Shown piece by piece: positions 18,105-27,046 of a DNA stretch of 64,000 nucleotides. The DNA comes from Bacteroidales bacterium (GTDB taxonomy: Bacteria > Bacteroidota > Bacteroidia > Bacteroidales > UBA12077), in contig JAKSCO010000069.1 in the NCBI GenBank assembly GCA_022360575.1, positions 4,702 to 68,701 on the forward strand. The letters are read 5' to 3'. The position numbers and the translations under genes were made by a program. The notes under the pieces are model-generated. The model searched no databases. It was given only the letters and a program-made list of their open reading frames with translations, and was not told where the DNA came from. How positions within the stretch are numbered: position 1 is the stretch's first letter; each line of letters begins with the position of its first letter.

Positions 18105-19130
18105 ATGATGAATTTTTTGAAGAAACCTATAAATATTTTATGTCTATTCTTAATAATATGGTTCTTATGTTATAGTTACTTATCAAGCTTTAGTAATTTT
18201 ATTGTTGATACTATTTTAAATCTAGAATCAGGAAGACACTTTACCGAAGCTTTTCGTTTTTTTATATTCGAAGTTCCTAAGGTATTTTTATTACTTATTC
18301 TAATAATTCTTGTTGTAGGTATAATAAGAACCTATTTTTCAGCAGAAAAAACAAAAGAGATTTTAAAAGGTAAACCTTTGTTTATAGGCAATATAATGGC
18401 CGCATTTTTAGGTATTGTAACTCCATTTTGCTCATGTTCTGCAATTCCTCTTTTTTTGGGTTTTATAGAAGCAGGCATACCTATCGGAATCACATTTTCT
18501 TTTTTAATTGCAGCTCCTATGATAAATGAAGTTGCGATTGTTTTACTAATAGGCTTATTTGGTTGGGAAGTAACCTTAATTTACATTTTTACAGGACTTG
18601 CAATAGCAATAACTTCTGGTTGGTTAATAGGAGTTTTTAAACTAGAGAAATATGTTGAAGATTGGGTATTTCAAGTTAAATCAGGTAGTATTTTAGATGA
18701 TAATCAAAAAATATCTTTTAATGAGCGTATAGCCCAGGGGATCACTGCGGTAAAAGATATTGTTGGTAAAATCTGGATATATATTGTTCTTGGTATTGCA
18801 GTTGGGTCTGGAGCCCATGGTTATGTTCCTGAAGATTTTTTATCCAATTTAATGGGAAAAGCTCATTGGTACTCTGTTCCTTTAGCTATCTTAATTGGTG
18901 TACCTCTATACTCTAATGCGGCAGGAATAATTCCAATTGTTAGTGTGTTAATCGAAAAAGGAGTAACAATAGGTACAGCATTGGCATTTATGATGTCGGT
19001 AATTGGTTTGTCTCTGCCTGAGGTAATAATTTTGAAGAAGGTTCTAAAAATTCAACTTATAGCTATTTTCGTTGTAATTGTAGCTATTGGTATAATTATT
19101 ATTGGTTATTTATTAAATTTCATTTATTAA
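18105..19130 (+). CDS. ArsP-like permease (DUF318/PF03773 type) with a vicinal Cys motif
   Basis: Polytopic membrane protein with TPFCSCSAIPLFLGF (CxC at nt 18429-18437), the motif known from the organoarsenical permease ArsP. The start is moved to the ATG at 18105, after the upstream stop at 18096. Confidence 0.7.
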   Translation: MMNFLKKPINILCLFLIIWFLCYSYLSSFSNFIVDTILNLESGRHFTEAFRFFIFEVPKVFLLLILIILVVGIIRTYFSAEKTKEILKGKPLFIGNIMAAFLGIVTPFCSCSAIPLFLGFIEAGIPIGITFSFLIAAPMINEVAIVLLIGLFGWEVTLIYIFTGLAIAITSGWLIGVFKLEKYVEDWVFQVKSGSILDDNQKISFNERIAQGITAVKDIVGKIWIYIVLGIAVGSGAHGYVPEDFLSNLMGKAHWYSVPLAILIGVPLYSNAAGIIPIVSVLIEKGVTIGTALAFMMSVIGLSLPEVIILKKVLKIQLIAIFVVIVAIGIIIIGYLLNFIY

Positions 19131-19284
19131 TAATACCAATTATGCCGCAAAATGATTGATAAAAGCATTATTATATAATACAAATCAAATTGAAATTTAA
19201 TGATATTACTTGACCTTCCAAACATCAATAATGGGGTTAACACCCCCATTGATGATGTTCTAACCCCGATTAATTGTATAAATA

Positions 19285-19730
19285 ATATCGAATAGCATCT
19301 ACTAAACATATGTGATATATATTTCTTACATCAAACATACTGTTTTTTACATCTATCAAGACTTAAATGACATCGATTAATATCTTTTTTTGGTCGATAG
19401 CCTCGATAAAAACATCGATAATATACCTTTTTTACATCCTTCGAGGCCAAAAGAACATCCTTCGAGATCATTTTTACATCAATCATGACCTTTTCTACAT
19501 CGACAGAGATGTTTTTTACATCAATATTTTGATCAATTTTACCCCAACTTTGATGTAAATTAGATCGAGAAAGATGTATTTTACCCCAACTTTGATGTCT
19601 TTTAGGTGTTTTTTCTTTCAAAATTTTGAGGTGAATCGATGTTTTTGAGGTCTCGGAGGATGTAATTACCGAGCCAAATAATGTTTTTTAGATCATTCTC
19701 GATCTTAACTACATCATTTTTGATGTAGTT
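19285..19730. repeat. two opposed arrays of a 21-bp-phased pentamer (ACATC then GATGT)
   Basis: ACATC starts at 19328, 19349, 19370, 19412, 19434, 19455, 19476, 19497 and 19518. GATGT starts at 19552, 19573, 19594, 19638, 19659 and 19722, with near-matches at 19680 and 19701. The 20-mer TTTTACCCCAACTTTGATGT occurs at both 19537 and 19579. Confidence 0.85.
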
Positions 19731-19890
19731 AACCCCAAACTTGGGGTTCGAGATATTGTTGTTGGTGTTACGGATAAAAAGAATATCTATAAAATAAATA
19801 AGTATTAGCCAAACTGAATAAATTTGGCTATTCTTAATAAAGCTATAGTATTCTTACTAAAGAAATATTTTGTAATTCTGTCAACTATCA

Positions 19891-20042
19891 CAATTTCAAA
19901 ATGGGGATTTATAAAACTGAATAATTTTTGTCTTAGACACGATAAAAAAGTAAAAGATAGCCTAATTACCTTGCAGCTTTTTGATAATGGCTAAAGTAAA
20001 AAGAAACGTTTTTATTATTCTTATTGATGTTCTTTGGGTATA
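19891..20042 (+). repeat. dispersed MITE-like repeat, copy B (left end diverged)
   Basis: GGGGATTTATAAAACTGAATAATTTTTGTCTTAGACACGATAAAAAAGTAAAAGATAGCCTAATTACCTTGCAG...GATGTTCTTTGGGTAT aligns along its length with copy C. Confidence 0.75.
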
Positions 20043-20256
20043 ACTGCTCATTTCTAATGTTAGGTCTAATTAAAATTAATGCTATTAGAATTGAATATCT
20101 GATCTTTGTATTTTAATTTTTTAAAGAGATACAAAGCCCATTCGATTTTTTTAACGTTTACTGCTTGTGTGCAAATACTCCCCTGAAAGTTAAGCTATAC
20201 TTGAAGATAAGCGTTTTTTTAGTGTATAAATAATCATATTGTTATAAAAATAATGT

Positions 20257-20655
20257 TTACAGGTAGTTACTAACATTTTGATTTTTCAGGAAGTTTTTAA
20301 ATTCAAGAGTCATTTTGCTAGTTACATTATTCATAATACACATTGCGAAAGGACAAATTTGTTTATCCATTGGACATTCACTAATTTCAATAGGTCCTTC
20401 AATCGCTTCGTAAATTTCGAGAAAAGTAATGTCCTCGGGCTTTTTACGTAGAATAAATCCCCCGCTAGGGCCTCTTTGTGAAATTAAATAACCAGCTTTT
20501 ACTAGACGTTGCATTACTTTTGCAACATGATGTTTTGATGTATCTGTGCGTTCAGCAATTTTTATAACATTTATACCATTCTTTTCCTGTGCGATAAGAA
20601 TTATCCCATGTAAAGCTATAGAAGCTGCTTCTGAAAGTGTGAATACTTTAGACAT
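20257..20655 (-). CDS. Rrf2-family transcriptional regulator (IscR/NsrR-like, 3 Cys)
   Basis: An N-terminal wHTH (ALHGIILIA...IKIAERTDTSKHHVAKVMQRLVKAGYLISQRGPSGGFIL) and a C-terminal Cys cluster (ECPMDKQICPFAMC). Confidence 0.85.
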   Translation of the reverse strand: MSKVFTLSEAASIALHGIILIAQEKNGINVIKIAERTDTSKHHVAKVMQRLVKAGYLISQRGPSGGFILRKKPEDITFLEIYEAIEGPIEISECPMDKQICPFAMCIMNNVTSKMTLEFKNFLKNQNVSNYL

Positions 20656-20859
20656 TTATACGTTTAATTAAGACAATTTAGGTATTTAGATGCGCAAATT
20701 TACGAAAATATTTTTTATTAACAGGTAAAACCGTTGTAAAATATGGGATGAAAGATGTTTTTTCGTTTAAACGTAGCCTGATGTTAAATACAAAAAATAA
20801 TTCAAGTTAATTTATATTTAAGTTTGTGTAATTTTACATCTGAATAAATATTTTAAAAG

Positions 20860-21654
20860 ATGAAACAATATCTTGATTTATTAGATCATGTTATAAATAA
20901 TGGGATAAAAAAAGAAGATAGAACTGGAACAGGAACTATTAGTTGCTTTGGCTATCAAATGAGGTTTAATTTAGAAGAAGGATTTCCATTACTTACAACA
21001 AAGAAATTACATTTAAAATCGATAATACATGAGTTATTGTGGTTTTTAAAAGGGGATACAAACACCAAATACTTAAATGATAATAAGGTTCGCATTTGGA
21101 ACGAATGGGCCGATGAAAAAGGAGACTTAGGGAATATTTACGGTTATCAATGGCGCTCGTGGCCTACGGCTAAAGGAGAAGCTATTGATCAGATAGCTGA
21201 TGTTATTAATTCAATAAAAAATAATCCAGATTCTCGTCGACATATTGTTAGTGCATGGAATGTTGCTGACATTGAAAATATGGCATTACCTCCTTGTCAT
21301 ATCTTATTTCAATTTTATGTTGCAAATGGGAAACTATCTTGTCAATTATACCAGCGTAGTGCTGATATCTTCTTAGGAGTTCCGTTTAATATTGCATCGT
21401 ATGCTATTTTATTAAAAATGATAGCACAAGCAACAGGTTTGGTTGCTCATGAATTCATTCATACTCTTGGTGATGCTCATATATACTTAAATCATGTAGA
21501 ACAAGTAAAGGAACAGTTACTTAGGGTTCCTAAAAAACTCTCTACATTAAAAATTAATCCGAATGTAAATGATATTTTTTCGTTTAAATACGATGATTTT
21601 GTTCTTGAGAACTACGATGCACATCCACATATAAAAGGATCAATATCAGTATAA
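20860..21654 (+). CDS. thyA: thymidylate synthase
   Basis: MKQYLDLL...DRTGTGT...[12 protein letters not shown]...[24 protein letters not shown] are classic ThyA motifs. Length is 264 aa. Confidence 0.95.
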   Translation: MKQYLDLLDHVINNGIKKEDRTGTGTISCFGYQMRFNLEEGFPLLTTKKLHLKSIIHELLWFLKGDTNTKYLNDNKVRIWNEWADEKGDLGNIYGYQWRSWPTAKGEAIDQIADVINSIKNNPDSRRHIVSAWNVADIENMALPPCHILFQFYVANGKLSCQLYQRSADIFLGVPFNIASYAILLKMIAQATGLVAHEFIHTLGDAHIYLNHVEQVKEQLLRVPKKLSTLKINPNVNDIFSFKYDDFVLENYDAHPHIKGSISV

Positions 21655-21674
21655 CTTTAATAAAAACAAACATT

Positions 21675-22160
21675 ATGATTTCTATAATAGTAGCTGTATC
21701 TGAGAATAATGTAATAGGAAAGGATAATGATTTAATTTGGCATTTGCCCAGAGATTTAAAGCATTTTAAAGAGACTACAACAGGACATTATGTGATTCAA
21801 GGAAGAAAAACTTTTGAATCGTTTGGAAGACCTTTGCCTAATAGGGTTAATGTTATCATAACAAGAAATGAGGATCTAAAAATAGATGGTTGTATTGTTG
21901 TCCACTCGTTACAAGAAGCATTGGAAGCAGCAAAAACTGATAATGAAATTTTTATTATTGGAGGGGGAACTATTTATGAACAAGCAATGTCTTTAGCTGA
22001 TCGAATTTATTTAACGAAAGTTCATCAAGAATTCGAAGGAGATACCTTTTTCCCTAAAATAGATGAGGATAAATGGATGGAGATTGACAAAAGGAAATTT
22101 GCTCCTGATGAAAAAAATAAATATCCTTTTACTATACTTACACTAGATCGAAGAAACTAA
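21675..22160 (+). CDS. folA: dihydrofolate reductase
   Basis: ISIIVAVSENNVIGKDNDLIWHLPRDLKHFKETT...VIQGRKTFES...IIGGGTIY. It lies immediately downstream of thyA. Confidence 0.9.
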   Translation: MISIIVAVSENNVIGKDNDLIWHLPRDLKHFKETTTGHYVIQGRKTFESFGRPLPNRVNVIITRNEDLKIDGCIVVHSLQEALEAAKTDNEIFIIGGGTIYEQAMSLADRIYLTKVHQEFEGDTFFPKIDEDKWMEIDKRKFAPDEKNKYPFTILTLDRRN

Positions 22161-22185
22161 ATGAATATTGTATAGAGATTAAGTT

Positions 22186-22983
22186 TTAAGATAAGTAAAA
22201 ATTACGTTGTCGCATAGCTTCGAAAACTAAAATTGCTGTTGATGTAGAAACATTTAATGAGTCAATTTCCCCGCTCATAGGAATTATTATCTGATTATCT
22301 GTGTTTTTTAGCCAGTTGTCACTAAGCCCGGTGGCTTCTGTTCCCATAACAATAGCTGTTGGTTTGGTAAAATCTTTTGTATGATAATAATCTTTAGCTG
22401 TAAGAGCTGCTGCATATGATTTTATCTTCTTTTCTTTCAACCATTTTATTGTTCCATCAGATGAGGCAGTGACAATTTGTGTGGTGAAAACACATCCGAT
22501 ACTTGATCGGATAACATTAGGATTATAAATATCTGTTAAAGGGTCAGAAATGATCACAGCATCAACATTAGCTGCATCTGCTGTTCTTAAAATTGCACCT
22601 AAATTCCCTGGTTTTTCGACTGATTCTAGAACTATGATTAAAGGATTCTCGCGTAATTTTAGATTTTCCAGAGTTGAATGTTTGACTTCGGCAAGGGCTA
22701 AAATACCTTCAGTTGAGTTACGATAAGCCAGTTTATCATATACATCGGAAGTGACCTCAAAAATAATGTCGGAATTAAATTTACCCTCGATAGTGCTTAA
22801 ATCTATTATTTCGGGGCAAATAAAAATTGATTTTATATTAATTTTTCCATTTAAAGCTAATGTTATTTCTCGCAATCCTTCGATTACTATAAGATTCTGT
22901 TTCCGTCTTTCAGAAGATTTCTGTTGTAATTTTAGTATGTTTTTTATTTTAGGATTATTTATGCTTGTAATTTTATCAATCAT
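22186..22983 (-). CDS. SpoU/TrmH-family RNA 2'-O-methyltransferase
   Basis: Contains ESVEKPGNLGAILRTADAANVDAVI, the IVMGTEATGLS motif, and IPMSGEIDSLNVSTSTAI in the knot region. Confidence 0.8.
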   Translation of the reverse strand: MIDKITSINNPKIKNILKLQQKSSERRKQNLIVIEGLREITLALNGKINIKSIFICPEIIDLSTIEGKFNSDIIFEVTSDVYDKLAYRNSTEGILALAEVKHSTLENLKLRENPLIIVLESVEKPGNLGAILRTADAANVDAVIISDPLTDIYNPNVIRSSIGCVFTTQIVTASSDGTIKWLKEKKIKSYAAALTAKDYYHTKDFTKPTAIVMGTEATGLSDNWLKNTDNQIIIPMSGEIDSLNVSTSTAILVFEAMRQRNFYLS

Positions 22984-22991
22984 ATTCAGAA

Positions 22992-24524
22992 TTAACTTTT
23001 TCGTTTAATTTTAATATATTGCCCAGCTCTTAATGATCTAGCACTACTCATATTATTAAGTTTCAGAATATCATTTTCGGTAATCCCATGATATTTTCTG
23101 GCAATTTCCCATAATGTATCTCCTCTTCGTACTTTGTAATAAACGTAATTTTTATCGCGCTTTTTATTTATAGGCTCGCTAGGTCGAGCAGTTGATTTGC
23201 CTACTCTTTTTTGTTTCTCCTCAAAAGACATTTTATTGATCCCGGCATAATGTTTTGATTTTCCTTTAGGAACATATATGTATAATTTCTGACCTGTACG
23301 GATCATATTTCTTCTGATATTATTCCAATATCTAATATCAGAAGCTCTTACATTATACCAACTAGAAATAAACCCAATATTATCTCCAGATTTTACAGTA
23401 TATATTAATTTATCTTTATTGGTAGGAGCTTGAGGAGTATAATATGATTTCTTAGGATTCCGTATGGAGTTATCGGCATTAAAATACAACGATTTTTTAT
23501 AATTAACGATTGAATCTTTTTGGTCTATAAAATTTCCAATGTAATCTAAAGGCAAAGTTATTGATAAGAAATTAGACTTTGCCGGGATTATGTTCTGTTT
23601 GTATTGAGGATTTAGGTCTCGCAATGCTTTCATCGGAATATTTAGCACTTCAGAAATTTGTTTGAAATGTATATTACTCGATATAGAAATAGTATCGGTA
23701 GCTATTGATAGTTCTGGATAGATCGGTTTTATATTATGTTCTTTATAAAAATTGAAAGTATAGCTTGCTGCAATATATGCAGGGACATATCCTCTTGTTT
23801 CGCGAGGGAGATAATAATATAATTCCCAAAAATCTCTTTTCCCTCCTGTTCGACGAATAGCTTTATTTACATTTCCCGGGCCACAATTATATGCAGCAAT
23901 AACCAAAGTCCAATCTTTAAACATAGAGTATAAATCTTTCATAAATAGAGCTGCTGCATGTGCTGATTTTACAGGATCGCGTCGGTCGTCGATATATGAA
24001 TTAATGGTTAAATCATACATTCGAGCTGTACCATACATGAACTGCCACATACCTGTAGCTCCAACCCTAGAAACCGCTCGAGGGTTTAATGCAGATTCGA
24101 TTACAGCCATATATTTTAATTCGGTAGGGATTCCGTAGTTTTCGAATATCTCTTCTATTTTAGGAAAGTAGTATTCAGATAAACCAATCATTGTTCCTAC
24201 GTTTTCTCTACGTTGTTTTGTATAAACATGAATATAGTTGCGAACAATTTTATTATAGGGTAAACTTATGATAGATGGAATACTTTGTAATCGATTAATA
24301 TAAATGGAGTCGCTAAATTCAGGAACTTCATTTGTATCTACAAGTTCGGTATAATTGTGTTTTATTGATTTATTAATGTGCCAATGTTTTATTAGGTCAT
24401 CAAGGTTGTTCTCGAAATTAGAATAACGAATTACATTAATAGTATCGTTAGGAGTGTGAGCTAAAGCTTTATTAATAGAAAATAAGAAGCATATTATAAT
24501 TACAGTAATTACTTTTTTATTCAT
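22992..24524 (-). CDS. MltD-like lytic transglycosylase with two LysM domains
   Basis: Signal peptide, an SLT core (AVIESALNPRAVSRVGATGMWQFMYGTA...AAYNCGPGNV), and two LysM repeats (YTVKSGDNIGFISSWY; YKVRRGDTLWEIARKY). Confidence 0.8.
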   Translation of the reverse strand: MNKKVITVIIICFLFSINKALAHTPNDTINVIRYSNFENNLDDLIKHWHINKSIKHNYTELVDTNEVPEFSDSIYINRLQSIPSIISLPYNKIVRNYIHVYTKQRRENVGTMIGLSEYYFPKIEEIFENYGIPTELKYMAVIESALNPRAVSRVGATGMWQFMYGTARMYDLTINSYIDDRRDPVKSAHAAALFMKDLYSMFKDWTLVIAAYNCGPGNVNKAIRRTGGKRDFWELYYYLPRETRGYVPAYIAASYTFNFYKEHNIKPIYPELSIATDTISISSNIHFKQISEVLNIPMKALRDLNPQYKQNIIPAKSNFLSITLPLDYIGNFIDQKDSIVNYKKSLYFNADNSIRNPKKSYYTPQAPTNKDKLIYTVKSGDNIGFISSWYNVRASDIRYWNNIRRNMIRTGQKLYIYVPKGKSKHYAGINKMSFEEKQKRVGKSTARPSEPINKKRDKNYVYYKVRRGDTLWEIARKYHGITENDILKLNNMSSARSLRAGQYIKIKRKS

Positions 24525-24600
24525 AACGATTTTGTATTGCTAAGTTTAATTATAAAACTATTAATAAAGTTCTTTGTTCGAACAATTAATATAAAATGAT

Positions 24601-25173
24601 TTAAAAAGAAAAACAACAACTAAGTCCAATTGTATTCTGATTACAGAATGTCTTGTTTATAGCTGGATTAATATGCAACGATAAATCTTCGTTAATATTA
24701 TAATCAAATAGATGAGCATCGACCGCAGCATCAACTATATTAAGTATATAAACTGCTGCTAAAACAATTATATTTAAATCCCGATTTCGTTGATACCGAT
24801 CTTTTAATCTAAGCAAAGTTGCTTTGTCGGTATATCCTTCAAATTCGGTAATTTGCCCATTATTAAATTGAGTGTAGGCTGTTCGAAATTTATTGTATTG
24901 AGTATTATTAAAATCAAATAAATAAATAATAAATCCTGTTGTTCCGTAAATAATTGGAAGTTTCCAGTATTTTTTATTGTATATCTGTCCTAATCCAGGA
25001 ACTAAAGCAGAATATAGAGCTGCTTTGTGTGCCGAGTGTATATTTACTATTGTATCTGTTTGTAAACTATTATCGGGAATGGTTTTGTTTTGACCTTTCC
25101 CGATTGTTAGGATACCCATAAATACAATTACAAGTAAATATTTTATAAACGTATTCGGTTTATTCTCTCCCAA
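24601..25173 (-). CDS. DUF5683-like membrane protein
   Basis: SALVPGLGQIYNKKYWKLPIIY plus a second hydrophobic helix. Its position just downstream of parB is typical in Bacteroidota. The start is TTG. Confidence 0.5.
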   Translation of the reverse strand: MGENKPNTFIKYLLVIVFMGILTIGKGQNKTIPDNSLQTDTIVNIHSAHKAALYSALVPGLGQIYNKKYWKLPIIYGTTGFIIYLFDFNNTQYNKFRTAYTQFNNGQITEFEGYTDKATLLRLKDRYQRNRDLNIIVLAAVYILNIVDAAVDAHLFDYNINEDLSLHINPAINKTFCNQNTIGLSCCFSF

Positions 25174-25201
25174 AATGATTCGTTTTTTGTTTGGAACAAA
25201 A

Positions 25202-26068
25202 TTATTTCATTTTATCAATAATTCCCATTATTCGTTCTAAATCTTCGTCGGATTTAAAAGGAATAACTATTTTACCGCTACCTTTATTGTTACGTTTAAA
25301 ATCAATTTTAGAGCTAAAATGTTCTGCTAAATGTTTCTGTAGTTGTTCGTATTCTTCAGGTAATCTAACTTTTGTTTTGGGATTATTTTTTTTAGGAGTA
25401 TTAATATCTCTTATAATATCTTCGGTTTTACGAACAGATAAACCTTCGTCGATAATTTGATAATAAATTTTTAACTGAGTAACTTCATTTTCAATGTTAA
25501 CTAAAGCACGGGCATGTCCCATTGAAATCTGCTTATCTCTTATTCCTAATTGTATTTCGGCAGGAAGTTTTAATAGGCGAAGGTAATTCGAAACAGTAGA
25601 TCGTTTTTTCCCTACGCGCTCACTCATACTTTCTTGAGTAAGTTTACACTCTTCAATTAATCTTTGGTAACTAATAGCAACTTCGATGGCATCTAAATCT
25701 TCGCGTTGAATATTTTCAACTAAAGCCATTTCGAGCATTCCTTGATCATCTGCAAAGCGAATGTATGCCGGGATTTTTTTAAGACCTGCTATTTGAGATG
25801 CTCTAAGTCTGCGTTCTCCTGATATTAGTTGAAATTTACCATTATCGAGAGTTCTTACAGTAATAGGCTGTATTATACCGAGCTCTTTTATCGATTTTGA
25901 TAGTTCTTCGAGAGAGTCTTCATTAAAAATGGTTCGAGGCTGAAATGGATTAGCTTCTATTTTATAGATATCTATTTCGTTAACCGCATCAGCAGTTACA
26001 ATTTTTTCCTGCCCTGCTTCATCAATTAATGCTCCGAGTCCTCTACCTAATGCGTTTCGTTTTGCCAT
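25202..26068 (-). CDS. parB: chromosome partitioning protein ParB/Spo0J
   Basis: Contains GLGRGLGALI, NPFQPR, the GIIQPITVR and ISGERRLRA boxes, and the HTH segment QESMSERVGKKRSTVSNYLRLLKLP. Confidence 0.9.
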   Translation of the reverse strand: MAKRNALGRGLGALIDEAGQEKIVTADAVNEIDIYKIEANPFQPRTIFNEDSLEELSKSIKELGIIQPITVRTLDNGKFQLISGERRLRASQIAGLKKIPAYIRFADDQGMLEMALVENIQREDLDAIEVAISYQRLIEECKLTQESMSERVGKKRSTVSNYLRLLKLPAEIQLGIRDKQISMGHARALVNIENEVTQLKIYYQIIDEGLSVRKTEDIIRDINTPKKNNPKTKVRLPEEYEQLQKHLAEHFSSKIDFKRNNKGSGKIVIPFKSDEDLERIMGIIDKMK

Positions 26069-26085
26069 TTCACATTTATATTAAA

Positions 26086-26886
26086 TTATTCTACAACTTT
26101 TTCTGCGTTTGCTATTTTGGTGTTATCGTTTTTTTGCAATAATTCTTTTGCTAAATTTAAATAGTTGATAGCTCCTTTTGATGCAGCATCATATAATACT
26201 ACAGGTTTCCCATAACTAGGAGATTCGCTTAATTTTATATTTCGCTGTATTATTGTTTCAAAAACCATATTTTGAAAGTGTTTCTTAACCTCGTCAACCA
26301 CTTGATTCGAAAGTCTTAATCTTGGATCGTACATGGTTAATAAGAAACCTTCAATTTCTAATTCTTTATTTAATCTTGATTGTATAATCTTAATTGTATT
26401 TAAAAGTTTTCCTAAACCTTCTAGTGCAAAATATTCGCACTGAACAGGAATTATAACAGAGTCGGCAGCAGTTAGTGCATTTACTGTAATTAAACCTAAG
26501 GATGGAGAGCAATCAATTAAGATATAGTCGTAATCGTCGCGTATACCTTCGATAATTTGCTTAAGCACATATTCGCGATTAGGTTGATTTAGCATCTCTA
26601 TTTCGGCTCCAACAAGATCTATGTGAGAAGGTATTATGTCGAGTTTTTCGATATCGCTATTTAGAATGATATTTTTGGGATCTTGTTCGTCGACCAAACA
26701 TTCGTAAATACTTGTTTTTACGGCTCGAATATCAAACCCCGTTCCTGATGTAGCATTTGCCTGAGGATCGGCATCAATGATTAATACTTTTTTTTCAAGA
26801 ACAGCTAAACTTGCTGCCAAATTAATTGAAGTGGTTGTTTTTCCTACCCCTCCTTTTTGATTAGCTAATGCAATTACCTTTGCCAT
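26086..26886 (-). CDS. parA: ParA/Soj partition ATPase
   Basis: Deviant Walker A motif NQKGGVGKTTT, DADPQANATSG, and DYILIDCSPSLG. Confidence 0.9.
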   Translation of the reverse strand: MAKVIALANQKGGVGKTTTSINLAASLAVLEKKVLIIDADPQANATSGTGFDIRAVKTSIYECLVDEQDPKNIILNSDIEKLDIIPSHIDLVGAEIEMLNQPNREYVLKQIIEGIRDDYDYILIDCSPSLGLITVNALTAADSVIIPVQCEYFALEGLGKLLNTIKIIQSRLNKELEIEGFLLTMYDPRLRLSNQVVDEVKKHFQNMVFETIIQRNIKLSESPSYGKPVVLYDAASKGAINYLNLAKELLQKNDNTKIANAEKVVE

Positions 26887-27046
26887 AGAGTTATGATTTT
26901 TGGATAAACCGATTTAAAAATCCTTTTAATACAAAAGGAATTCAAAAATACGATTTTATAGTTTTTTTTAATTTTGCAGAGCCTTGAGTTGTAAACATTT
27001 TTATTTGAGTTATTAACAAATTATCAACACCTAACACTATATTTAC

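Noticed and set aside
19331-19621. 96-codon minus-strand ORF (and the 63-codon plus-strand ORF at 19367..19558) inside the ACATC/GATGT array, with heptad-like DVxxxxx repeats
   Set aside because: Both strands stay open only because the DNA period (21 bp) is a multiple of three. The minus ORF starts at TTG. The conserved pentamer changes reading frame (Asp-Val to Arg-Cys) after a 22-bp step yet is maintained, so conservation is at the DNA level. No protein family is recognisable.
19736-19760. GGGGTTCGAGAT resembling a tRNA T-arm/T-loop
   Set aside because: No complementary 3' half of the T-stem, no acceptor or anticodon arms, and the sequence belongs to the AACCCCAAACTTGGGGTT palindrome.
25191-25460. 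89-codon plus-strand ORF overlapping the parB 3' end
   Set aside because: It is antisense to the well-supported parB gene and has no motifs.
25202-26886. Looked for a parS site (TGTTNCACGTGAAACA-like) and DnaA boxes (TTATCCACA) near parAB as signs of oriC
   Set aside because: I did not see a CACGTG-centred palindrome or clustered DnaA boxes in the flanking intergenic regions. The only ATCCACA-like word I noticed is inside priA (~29095). No origin call is made.
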